Shown here: positions 9,985 through 19,811 of the stretch, piece after piece
How positions within the stretch are numbered: position 1 is the stretch's first letter
Layout of the letters: each line of letters begins with the position of its first letter
Assembly: GCA_029821755.1 (NCBI GenBank)
Contig: JALGSV010000016.1
Location: 12,372-76,371 of the forward strand
DNA length: 64,000 bases
Source of the DNA: Candidatus Zipacnadum vermilionense
Lineage (GTDB): Bacteria > Armatimonadota > Zipacnadia > Zipacnadales > Zipacnadaceae
Direction of reading: 5' to 3'
Translations under genes and position numbers: made by a program
The notes under the pieces: model-generated
The model's input: only the letters and a program-made list of their open reading frames with translations
Database searches by the model: none
Told to the model about the DNA's origin: nothing

Positions 9985-10623
9985 CTATTTTCCCGCCAGA
10001 CTCTCCTCCACTTCCTTGAGCCTCTGCTCCAACCGCGCCTGGCGCAGGGCGTTGGTCAGGTCACCTCGGGTGCGCTCCACCATCCCCCGCAGGTTGTCGC
10101 AACGCCCCCGCAGGCCCCGGTCGATGGCCGAGGGATAGTCAAAGCCCAGCAGGGCGAAGTAAGCCTCCTCCATGGCGGTGAGAAACCTCTCCGCCTCGTC
10201 CAGCTCTCCCTCCCGGATCACGTCCAGCACGTGCCGGCGGAATTCTCCCCCCGCCTCGGCCAATCCGTTAAGCCAGGCGGCCCCATCCACGCCCAGGGCG
10301 GCCTGGTCCGGGATAGCCTCCCCCTCGATGCAGGCGATGGTTATGGCGGCCTCCGCCAGTTCCTTCTCCGCATCCCCCACGAACCCGCCGAAGCGCAGAC
10401 TGGGGGTGTGCGCCAGGGCCGCAAGCATCTCCCCGGTCAGGCGCCGGCACTCTGCCAGGCGCTGGCGCGCCTCCTCGTTCTCGCGTCGGTGGATGCTCTT
10501 GATGGCCATCGAGGCCGCTCGTACCACTTGCCGCGACAACGTGTAGGCTTGCTCCCGGGCCACGTCTTGCCGGTCCAGCTCCACCCGTATCTGATTGCAG
10601 ATCCTCTCTATTCCCGTAAGCAT
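9985..10623 (-). CDS. hypothetical all-alpha protein (possibly translin-like)
   Basis: 212-aa helical, acidic protein. No confident family assignment. Confidence 0.45.
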   Translation of the reverse strand: MLTGIERICNQIRVELDRQDVAREQAYTLSRQVVRAASMAIKSIHRRENEEARQRLAECRRLTGEMLAALAHTPSLRFGGFVGDAEKELAEAAITIACIEGEAIPDQAALGVDGAAWLNGLAEAGGEFRRHVLDVIREGELDEAERFLTAMEEAYFALLGFDYPSAIDRGLRGRCDNLRGMVERTRGDLTNALRQARLEQRLKEVEESLAGK

Positions 10624-10653
10624 AGGTTAGGTGCCTCCTGCCCCGACGACCGG

Positions 10654-11205
10654 TCAGCGGCTGCTGAGCAGCCGTGACGCCTCCGCAAAGCCCGCCTCCA
10701 TCGCCTTCACATTCATCGGGATCAGGTCGTGCCGCCGGGGCGGCAGGAATTGCTTGAGCGCCGCCGCCAACTGCTTCACTCTCAGCAGCGGCCGCACCGC
10801 CGCCAGCGCCCCCATTAACGCCATATTGGTGGCGCGCTCATCCATGATCTTCTCGGCCATCTCCGTCGCCGGCAGGCCCACACACCGGTCTTTCGCCTCT
10901 TCCGGTACCATCGCCAGGGAGGTGTTGACAATGGCCATCCCGTCCTCGGCCAGCTCCCGCAATTGGTGCTGCACGGCGAATTCGTCCATCAGCACCGCCA
11001 GCGAGTACTTACCGGCCACCGGGCTGCCCACCTCTCCGTCGGCGACGACGACCACGCAGGTCGTCCGTCCGCCGCGCACCTCCGGGTCGTACACCGGGTA
11101 CCACGAGGTGTTCAGGCCGGCCTCCATCGCCGCCTGCGCAACCAACTGCCCGGCGAGCAGCACTCCCTGCCCACCGCGCCCCGACATAAAGATAGCTTCA
11201 CGCAT
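10654..11205 (-). CDS. 2-oxoacid:ferredoxin oxidoreductase gamma subunit
   Basis: Has the GRGGQGV motif. Start set at the internal ATG (MREAIF), which has GAGG 7 nt upstream. It is the last gene of the delta-alpha-beta-gamma operon. Confidence 0.85.
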   Translation of the reverse strand: MREAIFMSGRGGQGVLLAGQLVAQAAMEAGLNTSWYPVYDPEVRGGRTTCVVVVADGEVGSPVAGKYSLAVLMDEFAVQHQLRELAEDGMAIVNTSLAMVPEEAKDRCVGLPATEMAEKIMDERATNMALMGALAAVRPLLRVKQLAAALKQFLPPRRHDLIPMNVKAMEAGFAEASRLLSSR

Positions 11206-11227
11206 GGAAAGACCTCGGACGTCAGGC

Positions 11228-11290
11228 ATGAGACTTCAGACTTCAAACAGTGGACTTCGGACTTCAGACCAGGGACACCAGACCGCGGGT
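11228..11290. repeat. family 4 GACTTCAGAC-type short tandem/dispersed repeat
   Basis: GAGACTTCAGACTTCAAACAGTGGACTTCGGACTTCAGACC, between korB and korC. Confidence 0.6.
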
Positions 11291-11359
11291 CCCAGGTTGT
11301 GAACAAACGTCGGTCCCCGGAATCCGTCCCGGCCAGATCCCAAGTCTGACGTCTTGACC

Positions 11360-12130
11360 CTACTTCTCCACAAACACCCCCAGCGGATACTGCGGTATGA
11401 CTTCCTTCTCGATCCGCTCAAACGCCTCCAGGGGCTCCATGTGCCAGCAGGAGGGGCAGGTACTGAGCATCTCCACCAGGGAGAAACCCTTGCCCTCAAT
11501 CTGACACTGGAAGGCCTTCTTCAGGCTTCGCTTGGCTCGTCTTACGTACTTGGGAGCGTGCAGGCTCTCCCGGGCCAGGAAGGCCACCCCCGGCAGCGTC
11601 TGCAGCAGCGCGCACACGTCCAGTGGGTAGCCGGTGTCCTCTGCGCTGCGCCCGTAGGGGCTGGTGGTGGTCTTGTGCCCCAGGAGCGTGGTGGGCGCCA
11701 TCTGCCCGCGGGTCATGCCGTAGATCCCGTTGTTGATAAAGGCGATAGTGATATCCTCGCCCCGGGCCGCGGCGTGAATGGTCTCCGCCAGGCCGATGGA
11801 GGCCAGGTCTCCGTCGCCCTGATAGGTGAAGACGATATTCTCCGGATGCACTCGTTTGACCCCGGTCGCCACCGCCGGGGCCCGCCCATGCGCCGCCTGG
11901 GCGCCATCCAGCCGGAAGAACTCGTTGGCGAAGACCGAACAGCCCACCGACGAGATCAGGACCGCGCGGTCGGCGATCCCCAGCTCGTCAACGATCTCCG
12001 CGCACAGTCGGTGCGCGATGGGGTGGGTACAGCCGGGGCATAGCCGCATCGGCACGGGCTCCATACAGGCCGGCACGGTGTAAACCAGCTCTAGCCCCGC
12101 ATCGTCCATTGTCTCCAGTGTATCAATCAT
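11360..12130 (-). CDS. 2-oxoacid:ferredoxin oxidoreductase beta subunit (TPP-binding)
   Basis: Cys-rich N-terminus (CPGC) and the TPP-binding GDGD motif. Confidence 0.88.
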   Translation of the reverse strand: MIDTLETMDDAGLELVYTVPACMEPVPMRLCPGCTHPIAHRLCAEIVDELGIADRAVLISSVGCSVFANEFFRLDGAQAAHGRAPAVATGVKRVHPENIVFTYQGDGDLASIGLAETIHAAARGEDITIAFINNGIYGMTRGQMAPTTLLGHKTTTSPYGRSAEDTGYPLDVCALLQTLPGVAFLARESLHAPKYVRRAKRSLKKAFQCQIEGKGFSLVEMLSTCPSCWHMEPLEAFERIEKEVIPQYPLGVFVEK

Positions 12131-12280
12131 GCTCTACTCCCGGTACGACGGGCGTTAGGTGAATTCCGGTTCGCAGCCTGTCGCCTCTGGTGGCACCGGC
12201 GTCTCGCCGGTGTCGGGCGCGACGCCCGCCTTACGACGCTTTCTCCAGTCCGTTCCGCTGTTCCCTCCCCAGATCATGCA

Positions 12281-13330
12281 TCATAGATTTCCCAACACCC
12301 CCGCTACTTCCTCCGGCGTATGCACCACCCCACCGGTATGCCCCGAGAACTCCACCGGGCATCTGCCCTCCACGGCCAGCCGCACATCCTCCACGAACTG
12401 CCCCATGGACAGCTCCACTACCAGTATCTTGCGCACCTTCTCCGACCACTCCCGGATCGGCGCGGTGGGGAAAGGGAAGAGGCTGATAGGCCTTAGTAGT
12501 CGTGCCTTGACCCCCGCCGCCGCCGCCAGCTCGAGGCCTGTCTGGCAGATGCGCGCCGCAATGCCGTAGGCGCAGACCAGGATTTCGGGATCCTCTGCGC
12601 CCAGTTCCGCCCAGCGCGTCTCCTCCCGCGCCGCCTGGGCGTAGCGTGCGTACAGACGGTGGTTTAGTTCCTCCAGGGCCCGCGGCTGGATGTATATGCT
12701 GGTGATCACATTCTTCTCGCGTCCGTGGCGCTCCCCGCCTATGCCCCAGTCGGTCTGGGAGAGGGCCGCGTCCAAAGGCTTCCGCTCCTGCACCGGCTCC
12801 ATCATCTGCGCGAGGATAGCGTCCCCCAGCAGTGACACCGGCGCCCGATACTTGAGCGCGATATCGAAGGACTCATAGGTCAGGTCGTAGACCTCCTGGA
12901 TCGACCACGGCGCGAAGGTGATCATCTGCCCGTCGCCATGCCCTCCGCCGCGCGTGGAGAGCCAGTAGTCGCTCTGCGCCGCCGCGATATTCCCCAGCCC
13001 CGGCCCGCCGCGGACCATGTTGACGATCACGCAGGGCAGCTCAGCCCCGTACATGTAGGAGATGCCCTCCTGCATCAGCGAGATGCCTGGGGAAGAGGAG
13101 GTGGTCATGACCTTGGCCCCGCAGGCGGCGGCGCCGTAGCACATGTTGATGGCTGCCACTTCGCTCTCGGCCTGCAGGTACACGCCGCCCACTTCGGGCA
13201 GCCGCAGGGACATCCGCTCGGGGATATGGCTCTGGGGGGTGATGGGATAGCCAAAGAAATAACGGCAACCCCCAGCGATGGCCCCTTCCGCCGTCGCCCG
13301 GTTGCCGTCCATCAGCGTACGTTCACTCAT
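12281..13330 (-). CDS. 2-oxoacid:ferredoxin oxidoreductase alpha subunit
   Basis: POR_N domain (GN.A.AEGAI.AG...GYPITP). Start at the internal ATG (MSERTL), dropping a 45-aa basic extension. Confidence 0.88.
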   Translation of the reverse strand: MSERTLMDGNRATAEGAIAGGCRYFFGYPITPQSHIPERMSLRLPEVGGVYLQAESEVAAINMCYGAAACGAKVMTTSSSPGISLMQEGISYMYGAELPCVIVNMVRGGPGLGNIAAAQSDYWLSTRGGGHGDGQMITFAPWSIQEVYDLTYESFDIALKYRAPVSLLGDAILAQMMEPVQERKPLDAALSQTDWGIGGERHGREKNVITSIYIQPRALEELNHRLYARYAQAAREETRWAELGAEDPEILVCAYGIAARICQTGLELAAAAGVKARLLRPISLFPFPTAPIREWSEKVRKILVVELSMGQFVEDVRLAVEGRCPVEFSGHTGGVVHTPEEVAGVLGNL

Positions 13331-13391
13331 GGGGACTGTACCTCTCTGCTCCGCGTGGGGCTGGCGTCTCGCCGGTGCTCGGTGGCGGGAC

Positions 13392-13643
13392 TCACTCCCC
13401 GTCCGTGCCTGTCCTTGAGCCTGCCTTGGCGCCTGTCGTATCCTTGTACATCTCGATCGCCACATCCGGGCACATGATGATGCACTGCCGACACCCGGTG
13501 CACTTCTCCGGATTCGTCTGTCGGGCGGGGTGATAGCCAGCGGAGTTGAACTCCTCGGAGTACTCCAGCCCGCCCACAGGACAAAAGTGCATGCAAAGCC
13601 CGCAGGCCTTACAGCGCTCCGGGTCGATCTTCAAGATGAACAT
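13392..13643 (-). CDS. 2-oxoacid:ferredoxin oxidoreductase delta subunit (2x[4Fe-4S] ferredoxin)
   Basis: Two CxxCxxCxxxCP motifs. Only the last 84 aa of the 197-aa ORF are coding-like, and the ATG was verified at 13641-13643. Confidence 0.8.
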   Translation of the reverse strand: MFILKIDPERCKACGLCMHFCPVGGLEYSEEFNSAGYHPARQTNPEKCTGCRQCIIMCPDVAIEMYKDTTGAKAGSRTGTDGE

Positions 13644-13893
13644 GTGGTACCTCAAAAACCAGTCGTGGAAGAACGATTCATGATACACCAAGCACGGAGG
13701 AGGTGCAAGAACGGCAGTGCGACGCATCCGAGGAGGGACCGCGATGAGCCTGCGGTCGCTATGCGACCGCAGGCGAATCCAGCCCATCCCCCCTACCGAC
13801 ACATAGCGGTCACACCCTGTCTCGCGGCGGGGTTTCCAGGTTGGTTGCGGCCCGAACTCGGAGCACAGGCTGGGCGTCTCTTGGAGTAGCAAC

Positions 13894-14190
13894 TTGGTTT
13901 CGGCTCGCGCTGGAAAGGAGAGAGCCATGCGACTTTCGCCCAAGGCGATGGCACTCAGTTGGGGGCTGATGTGGGGAGCAGCCATGTTCCTGGTGGGACT
14001 TGTGCACCTCTGGGAGCCCTCCTACGGGGGCAGCTTGCTCTCCGGAATGAGCACGATCTACCCCGGGTATGGTGGGGCAGTGAGCCTCAGTGACGCAGTG
14101 CTGGGTGGCGTCTATGGCTTCGTGGACGCGGGGATCGGCGGCCTCATTTTCGCCTGGCTCTACAACGCCTTCGCACCCAAGACCGCCTAA
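13894..14190 (+). CDS. small hydrophobic membrane protein, unknown function
   Basis: 98-aa ORF with two predicted TM segments and a Gly-rich C-terminus. An alternative start at 13927 is possible. Confidence 0.4.
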   Translation: MVSARAGKERAMRLSPKAMALSWGLMWGAAMFLVGLVHLWEPSYGGSLLSGMSTIYPGYGGAVSLSDAVLGGVYGFVDAGIGGLIFAWLYNAFAPKTA

Positions 14191-14300
14191 CGCTGTCGCG
14201 GGGAGGAATTGCTGTTCCGGACGGGGGAACTGGCTGCCCAGTATCGGCGTCAGTACACATACGGCGGACAGAGGCCGGCGGAGCGCTATTCTGCGGGGAG

Positions 14301-14960
14301 GTGTTGGTTATGTGGCGTAACGTGATCCTGGTCGGGATGCTGGTTTGCCTAGTGCTGCCAGCGGCCGCGGGCGAGGGGGCGGCCGTGCCGGGAGCGCCGA
14401 TCGACTTGCTGACGGGCCTGCGGGAGGGCCGACTGTTCGCGCAGTTCCGCGGGGCCGGTGGATCGTCGGTGACCGGCGTCCTCGGCGGAGTTGGCGCGGG
14501 ACCGCTGCAGGTGCAGATTCCCTCGGGGACGCAGTTCATGGCCCAGTTGCCCGGCCGGCAGGGGATGAGCACCCTGGGTTCGCTCAACCTCAACATTGGC
14601 GAGGGGCAACTGGCCCATGTATCAATCGCCACAGCCTGTACCGCCCTCGGCCTGCCGGAGCCGACGCCGGAAGACGTGATGATCCCGATGCCCTGCCCCG
14701 ATGCGCGGCTGGCGCGGGTGGCGGCGGTGCTGGACCTGCAGCCGGTAGCGCACCCGGTGGCGCAGGTCGCGGTGTGGGCCATCTCGGACAACCCACCCGC
14801 AAACGCGGTGCAGCCCTATTTGATGACGCAGGCGCCGGGCTTCAACCTGGCGGCCTACGCTCAGCGGCGCGGGATTATGCAGCAGGCGGCCGGCCTGCTG
14901 CAGGTGGCGGGCCTGCAGCCCGCGGCCTTCCGCATGTTCATGGGCCTGAGGCTGAGGTAG
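14301..14960 (+). CDS. secreted hypothetical protein
   Basis: N-terminal signal peptide (LVGMLVCLVLPAAAGEG), 219 aa, no recognised family. Confidence 0.5.
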   Translation: MLVMWRNVILVGMLVCLVLPAAAGEGAAVPGAPIDLLTGLREGRLFAQFRGAGGSSVTGVLGGVGAGPLQVQIPSGTQFMAQLPGRQGMSTLGSLNLNIGEGQLAHVSIATACTALGLPEPTPEDVMIPMPCPDARLARVAAVLDLQPVAHPVAQVAVWAISDNPPANAVQPYLMTQAPGFNLAAYAQRRGIMQQAAGLLQVAGLQPAAFRMFMGLRLR

Positions 14961-15094
14961 ACGGACGGAGCCTGAGCCGCCGGATGCGCAAAGGCCCCCG
15001 CGAATGACCGCGGGGGCCCTTTGGCGGCTCAGATTGGGGCCCAGGCCTCTAAGCCCTGCGCATCGGGATGCACTTGGCCCCACGGGGAGGGAGG

Positions 15095-16057
15095 CTAGAC
15101 CTCCTGCCCGCACTTCTTGAGAAGCTGCGCCCACTTCCAGTCCACCCACTCTTGCATCATCTTGCGCATCTCCGCGCCTTCCTCACCCTTGAACAAGTGC
15201 CGGAAGCGGCCCTGGATCTGCAGGTACTCCTCAATCGGCTTCTTCTCCTTGGGCCGGTAGGTGAGCTTGTACTGTCCGTCGAGCACCTCGTACAGCGGCC
15301 AAACGCAGGTGTCGGAGGCGAGCTGGGCGATCTCAACGGTGACGCCCGAGTCGTAGATCCAGCCCAGCGGGCAGGGAGTCAGGCAATTGATGAACGAGGG
15401 GCCATCGATGGCGAAGGCCTTCTCGGACTTGCTCACCAGGTCCCGCCAGCGGGCGGTGCTGCTCTGGGCCACGTAAGGGATGTCATGCGCGGCCATGATC
15501 TCCGTGAGGTCCTTGCGGTTGACGCGCTTGCCCTGGCTGACCCGGCCCGCGGGGCTAGTGGTAGTATGCGTCCCCATGATGGTCGCCCCGGAACGCTGCA
15601 CGCCGGTGTTCATGTAGGCCTCGTTGTTGAGGCAGACATAGAGGAATTGGTGGCCGCGCTCGGCGGCGCCCGAGAGGGATTGCAGCCCGATGTCGTAGGT
15701 GCCGCCGTCGCCGGCAAAGGCCACGAACTTGTAGGGCTTGTCGGCCGAGACGTAGTCCGGCAGCGGTTGGCCCTTGGCGGCCCGGGACAGATGCGCCTTG
15801 TACATGGCCTCTACGCCCGAGACGGCCGCCCCGGCGTTCTCGAAGGCGATGTGGAGCCACGGCACGGCCCAGGCCGTGTAAGGAAAGATGGTGGTAGAGA
15901 CCTCAGTGCAGCCGGTGGCGGAGACTACTACGACCGGATCATCGGTCCCCATCAGTACTTGCCGCACGGCAATAGGTTCCGCGCATCCGGGACAGAGCCG
16001 GTGGCCAGCCGTCAGGCGCACTTCACTCTGGCTGAGTTGCTTGAGATTCTTGGGCAT
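15095..16057 (-). CDS. porB: pyruvate/2-oxoacid:ferredoxin oxidoreductase beta subunit (TPP-binding)
   Basis: CPGC...GDGG TPP motifs. Last gene of the gamma-delta-alpha-beta operon. Confidence 0.88.
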   Translation of the reverse strand: MPKNLKQLSQSEVRLTAGHRLCPGCAEPIAVRQVLMGTDDPVVVVSATGCTEVSTTIFPYTAWAVPWLHIAFENAGAAVSGVEAMYKAHLSRAAKGQPLPDYVSADKPYKFVAFAGDGGTYDIGLQSLSGAAERGHQFLYVCLNNEAYMNTGVQRSGATIMGTHTTTSPAGRVSQGKRVNRKDLTEIMAAHDIPYVAQSSTARWRDLVSKSEKAFAIDGPSFINCLTPCPLGWIYDSGVTVEIAQLASDTCVWPLYEVLDGQYKLTYRPKEKKPIEEYLQIQGRFRHLFKGEEGAEMRKMMQEWVDWKWAQLLKKCGQEV

Positions 16058-16204
16058 GGAAAAGCCTCCTTAAAGGCGCTGCAAACAGACCTCGTTGTAG
16101 GGCGCGGGCTCGTGCCGCGCCCTCCCCGCTATCGGCCAACCAGAACGGGCGTGCCGTGCGTCAAGGCGAGGCGCGGTACGAGCCCGCGCCCTACAAAGCC
16201 GCCC

Positions 16205-17386
16205 TTACTCCCTGACCCCCACGTATTGCACTGGATCGACCGGCTGACCGGTGGCGGCGACACTGGGAAGCGTGCGGAAGACGCTGATGATTTGATCTGG
16301 AATGATCTCTCGGCCGCCCAGGCCGTACAGGATATTCACGGCCGGGATCAACTGCCCCGCCGTGTACAGGCCCGAGGTGACCTCGGAGAACAGCGGGAAG
16401 CTATCCGCGCCGTACGAGGCAGCGCGGTCGAAGATGGCGACCGCCTTCTTGCCCTTAAGCGCCGCGGCGATCTCGACGGCGGGGAAGGGGCGGTAGGCCC
16501 GCAGCTTGAGCAAGCCCGCCTTCATCCCGTCGGCGCGCAGGGCCTCCACGGCGTCCTTGGCGGTGCCAGCGGCCGAGCCCAGGGCGATGACGGCGTACTC
16601 CGCGTCCTCGAGCATGAACTCCTCAAATAGGCCGTATTCGCGGCCGAAGGTCTTACCAAACTCCTTGCCGACCTCGATAATGGCCTCCTTGGCCGGGCCG
16701 TAGGCGTCGAGTTGGCTGCGCTTGTGCTCGAAGTAGTAATCCCACAGGTCCAGCGGACCCACCGAGATGGGATTGCTGAGGTCGAGCAGCGGGTTGACGG
16801 CCTGGTAGGGGCCGACGAAGTCCTTGACCGCCTGATCGTCCTCCACTTGCAGCAGTTCGTACGAGTGGCTCACCAGGAAGCCGTCGAGGCAGTTCATCAC
16901 TGGCAGGCGCACGTCGAGAGCTTCGCCGATGCGCACCGCCTGGATGAGGTTGTCATATCCCTCCTGCACGTTCTCCCCGAAGATCTGCAGCCAGCCAGTG
17001 TCGCGGGCGCCGTAGGAGTCGGAGTGGTCGCAGTGGATGTTGATGTTCCCCGACAGGGCGCGGTTGACCACGGTGAGGATCACCGGAGCGCGCAGGGAGG
17101 CGGTGATGTAGAGGATCTCCCACATCAGCGCGAGGCCCTGCGAGGAGGTGGCGTTCATCACGCGCCCCCCGGCTACCGCCGCGGCGGTGCAAGCGCTCAT
17201 CGCCGAGTGTTCGCTCTCCACGACCACGAAGTTAGTGTCCACCAGGCCGTTGGCGACGAAGCTAGAGAAGGTCTGGACGATCTCGGTCGAGGGGGTAATG
17301 GGATAAGCCGCCATGACGTCAGGGTTGATCTGCCGCATGGCCTCGGCTACCGCGTGGTTACCCTCCATGGGTTTGGTTTCGGGCAT
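16205..17386 (-). CDS. porA: pyruvate/2-oxoacid:ferredoxin oxidoreductase alpha subunit
   Basis: POR_N domain (EGNHAVAEAM...AYPITPST). Confidence 0.88.
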   Translation of the reverse strand: MPETKPMEGNHAVAEAMRQINPDVMAAYPITPSTEIVQTFSSFVANGLVDTNFVVVESEHSAMSACTAAAVAGGRVMNATSSQGLALMWEILYITASLRAPVILTVVNRALSGNINIHCDHSDSYGARDTGWLQIFGENVQEGYDNLIQAVRIGEALDVRLPVMNCLDGFLVSHSYELLQVEDDQAVKDFVGPYQAVNPLLDLSNPISVGPLDLWDYYFEHKRSQLDAYGPAKEAIIEVGKEFGKTFGREYGLFEEFMLEDAEYAVIALGSAAGTAKDAVEALRADGMKAGLLKLRAYRPFPAVEIAAALKGKKAVAIFDRAASYGADSFPLFSEVTSGLYTAGQLIPAVNILYGLGGREIIPDQIISVFRTLPSVAATGQPVDPVQYVGVRE

Positions 17387-17545
17387 AGGAAAATCCCTCC
17401 TAGTGGGAGTTGTTCGTCCTCAGTTGTGGGGCGGCTTTCGGGCCGTCCGCACGTACGTCGGCGTGCGCACGACAGCCGCCGGTGCGGCAAGTGCGTGGTC
17501 AACGAACGGGCGTCTGTCGCGGAACACATTCCGCGAGAGCCGCCC

Positions 17546-17860
17546 CTACTCGGCGCCTTCCGGCAGCATGTCAATGCATTTCTTGGGGCAGACCTGCGCG
17601 CAGATGCCGCAGCCCTTGCAGTGCTCCATGTCGAACTGCATGCCCTTCACCGAGGGCTTCTCCGGGTCGCCGTTGGTCCAGCAGGCGACGTCGGGGCAGT
17701 AGACCCAGCAGAACAGGCAGTCGATGCAGTCTTCGTCGCGCCGGTACGGCTTCTGCAGCCGCCAGGTACCCGTGTTGTACTCCACCGCGTTGCCCGCCTG
17801 CGGGATAATGCCGCCGGGAGCCATTTCTTGATACTTGGCGTCGGGGGCGTAGTGACTCAT
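17546..17860 (-). CDS. porD: pyruvate/2-oxoacid:ferredoxin oxidoreductase delta subunit (ferredoxin)
   Basis: Two 4Fe-4S motifs (CIDCLFCWVYCP, CKGCGICAQVCP). Only the C-terminal 104 aa of ORF 17546..18478 are real, with the ATG verified at 17860. Confidence 0.82.
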   Translation of the reverse strand: MSHYAPDAKYQEMAPGGIIPQAGNAVEYNTGTWRLQKPYRRDEDCIDCLFCWVYCPDVACWTNGDPEKPSVKGMQFDMEHCKGCGICAQVCPKKCIDMLPEGAE

Positions 17861-18432
17861 GCTAGCTTGACCTCCTCGTAAGCGCGGTCCACAGCCTTGT
17901 TGTTGCCCTCGAGGACCGCCGGGGACAGCTTCTTGCCGAGGGTCTTGCGGAGCGCCGCTTTGGCCGCCTCCAGGGTCACGATATCGCTGACCTTGGCCAG
18001 CGCCCCCAGCATGGGGGTGTTGGGAATGGGCCGGCCGATGGCCTCGTTGGCGATGGTGGTGGCATCCACCACGCCCACCTTCACCGAATCCGGCACGCCC
18101 ATGCGCTTTTTGACCTCCGCCGCGTCCATGGTGCCGTTGATCAGGATGATCCCGTTCTCCGGCACACCCACCGCGACGTTTTCCGTGCCGATCAGGCTGC
18201 TGTCGAGCACGACTACGATGCCAGGCTCGGGCACGCCGGAGCGCAGGCGGATGGGCTTGTCCGAGATGCGTACGTAGGACTTCATCGGCGCCCCGCGCCG
18301 CTCGGCCCCATATTCGGGGAAGGCCTGGACCAGGTGGCCTTGCTCGGCCGCCGCCACCGCCAGGATGTAACTGGCGGTCTTGGCGCCCTGGCCCCCCCGG
18401 CCATGCCAACGCACTTCCGTTAATGATGCCAT
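17857..18432 (-). CDS. porG: pyruvate/2-oxoacid:ferredoxin oxidoreductase gamma subunit
   Basis: Has the HGRGGQGAKT motif and a 4-nt ATGA overlap with porD. Confidence 0.88.
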   Translation of the reverse strand: MASLTEVRWHGRGGQGAKTASYILAVAAAEQGHLVQAFPEYGAERRGAPMKSYVRISDKPIRLRSGVPEPGIVVVLDSSLIGTENVAVGVPENGIILINGTMDAAEVKKRMGVPDSVKVGVVDATTIANEAIGRPIPNTPMLGALAKVSDIVTLEAAKAALRKTLGKKLSPAVLEGNNKAVDRAYEEVKLA

Positions 18433-18496
18433 TGTACTCCTCCTTGGGAAGCCCGCTCGGGCGGGCGGTGAGTCGCAAGTCGGGTCGGGTGAAGTG

Positions 18497-19120
18497 TCAG
18501 TTTCTCTCTGGATTATCCCCCGGTCCCCGCGGGCTGTTTAGCGCCGCCGTCAGCGCCGGGTCCCACTGGTCCCAGAGCTGCCCGAAGCGCTCCGTGTAGC
18601 GCTGGGCTAGCTCCGGGCGGGTGATCCGGAGCACGTTCTCGTCGTTGTACTTCGAGGCGGAGATGGTCCAGTTGTACGAGCCGGTGATGACCGTCGTGCC
18701 GTCCACGACGGCAAACTTGTTGTGCATGATCTTCGGATTGTTGCTGATCCGCACCGGCACGCCCGCTTGCACCAGGGAGCGGGCCACCGAATCTCGGCTG
18801 GTGACCATGGAACGGTCCAGGAACACGTACACCTGCACCCCGCGTTGCTGGGCCGCCACCAGGGCCGCGGCCAGATCGCGGTCGGTGAAACAGTACATCG
18901 CCACGAGCACCGAGTTGTGGGCCGCCCCCAGCGTCCCCAGGATCACCGCCCGGGGGTCGTCGTCGCGCGAGAAGGCAACGGTTATATCGGTCGCCGGAGC
19001 GGCCGGTGTAGTCTGCGCCGTCTCCTGCGCCGGAGCCGGCGGCGTCCGCAGGGCCGGCAGTGCCACCCCCAGGATGACTACGGCCAGGAAAAGCACGAGC
19101 CAGGAAAGGTTGCGGCGCAT
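18497..19120 (-). CDS. phospholipase D-family / Nuc-like endonuclease domain protein, secreted
   Basis: HKD motif (HNKFAVVDG) and a signal/anchor sequence. Start set at the internal ATG (MRRNLSWLV). Confidence 0.7.
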   Translation of the reverse strand: MRRNLSWLVLFLAVVILGVALPALRTPPAPAQETAQTTPAAPATDITVAFSRDDDPRAVILGTLGAAHNSVLVAMYCFTDRDLAAALVAAQQRGVQVYVFLDRSMVTSRDSVARSLVQAGVPVRISNNPKIMHNKFAVVDGTTVITGSYNWTISASKYNDENVLRITRPELAQRYTERFGQLWDQWDPALTAALNSPRGPGDNPERN

Positions 19121-19148
19121 GGTACGCTCCTTTTTCCACCGAACACTG

Positions 19149-19187
19149 GACCACCCCGCCAACCACCACCGGGTAGCACATGAAGTG
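19149..19187. repeat. family 3 hairpin repeat (terminator-like), copy 1
   Basis: CCAACCACCACCGGGTAGCACATGAAGTGCCGCCCCTAC, immediately 3' of recR on the minus strand. Confidence 0.7.
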
Positions 19188-19193
19188 CCGCCC

Positions 19194-19799
19194 CTACATG
19201 GGAGTGCGTCCCCTCAGCGCCCGGGCCAGCGTCACCTGGTCCGCGTAGTCCATATCCGCGCCCACCGGCAGGCCCAGGGCGATGCGGCTGATCTTTACCT
19301 GCGGCGCGGTAGCGGACAGGCGCTGGCGGAGGAACTCCGCGGTCGCGTCGCCCTCCACCGTGGGGGAGGTGGCCAGGATGACCTCCTCCGTCCCGTAACG
19401 CTGCACGCGCTCCAGCAATTCCCCGATGCGCAGCTCCGCCGGGCCGACGCCGGCCAGCGGCGAGAGCGCCCCGCCCAGGACGTGGTACAGGCCTCGGTAC
19501 TCCCCGGCCCGCTCCAGCGCCATCAGGTCCGTGGCGGTCTCCACCACGCACAGGACCAGCTTGTCGCGGGTATCGTCGGCGCAGACGGGGCAAAGACGGG
19601 CGGCGGCGTAGTTGCCGCACTCGGCGCAGGGCTGGATGCCTTCGTGCAGAAGGAGGACGGTCTCTCCGAGGGCCTGGGCCTGGTCGCGGGGGCGCGATAG
19701 CAGGAAGAACGCCAAGCGCTGGGCGCTCTTAGGTCCTATTCCTGGCAATCGCTCGAATTCCTCTATGACACGTTCTAACGGCGCTGGATAGCGGAGCAT
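19194..19799 (-). CDS. recR: recombination protein RecR
   Basis: HhH (LPGIGPKSAQR), C4 zinc finger (CxxC...CxxC) and Toprim domain, in the dnaX-ybaB-recR order. Confidence 0.93.
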   Translation of the reverse strand: MLRYPAPLERVIEEFERLPGIGPKSAQRLAFFLLSRPRDQAQALGETVLLLHEGIQPCAECGNYAAARLCPVCADDTRDKLVLCVVETATDLMALERAGEYRGLYHVLGGALSPLAGVGPAELRIGELLERVQRYGTEEVILATSPTVEGDATAEFLRQRLSATAPQVKISRIALGLPVGADMDYADQVTLARALRGRTPM

Positions 19800-19811
19800 A
19801 GTGGTGGGAAA

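Noticed and set aside
15068-16630. 520-aa plus-strand ORF
   Set aside because: Antisense to porB and porA, with low-complexity R/G/L/A-rich composition and no motifs.
16712-17881. 389-aa plus-strand ORF
   Set aside because: Antisense to porA/porD, a high-GC artefact.
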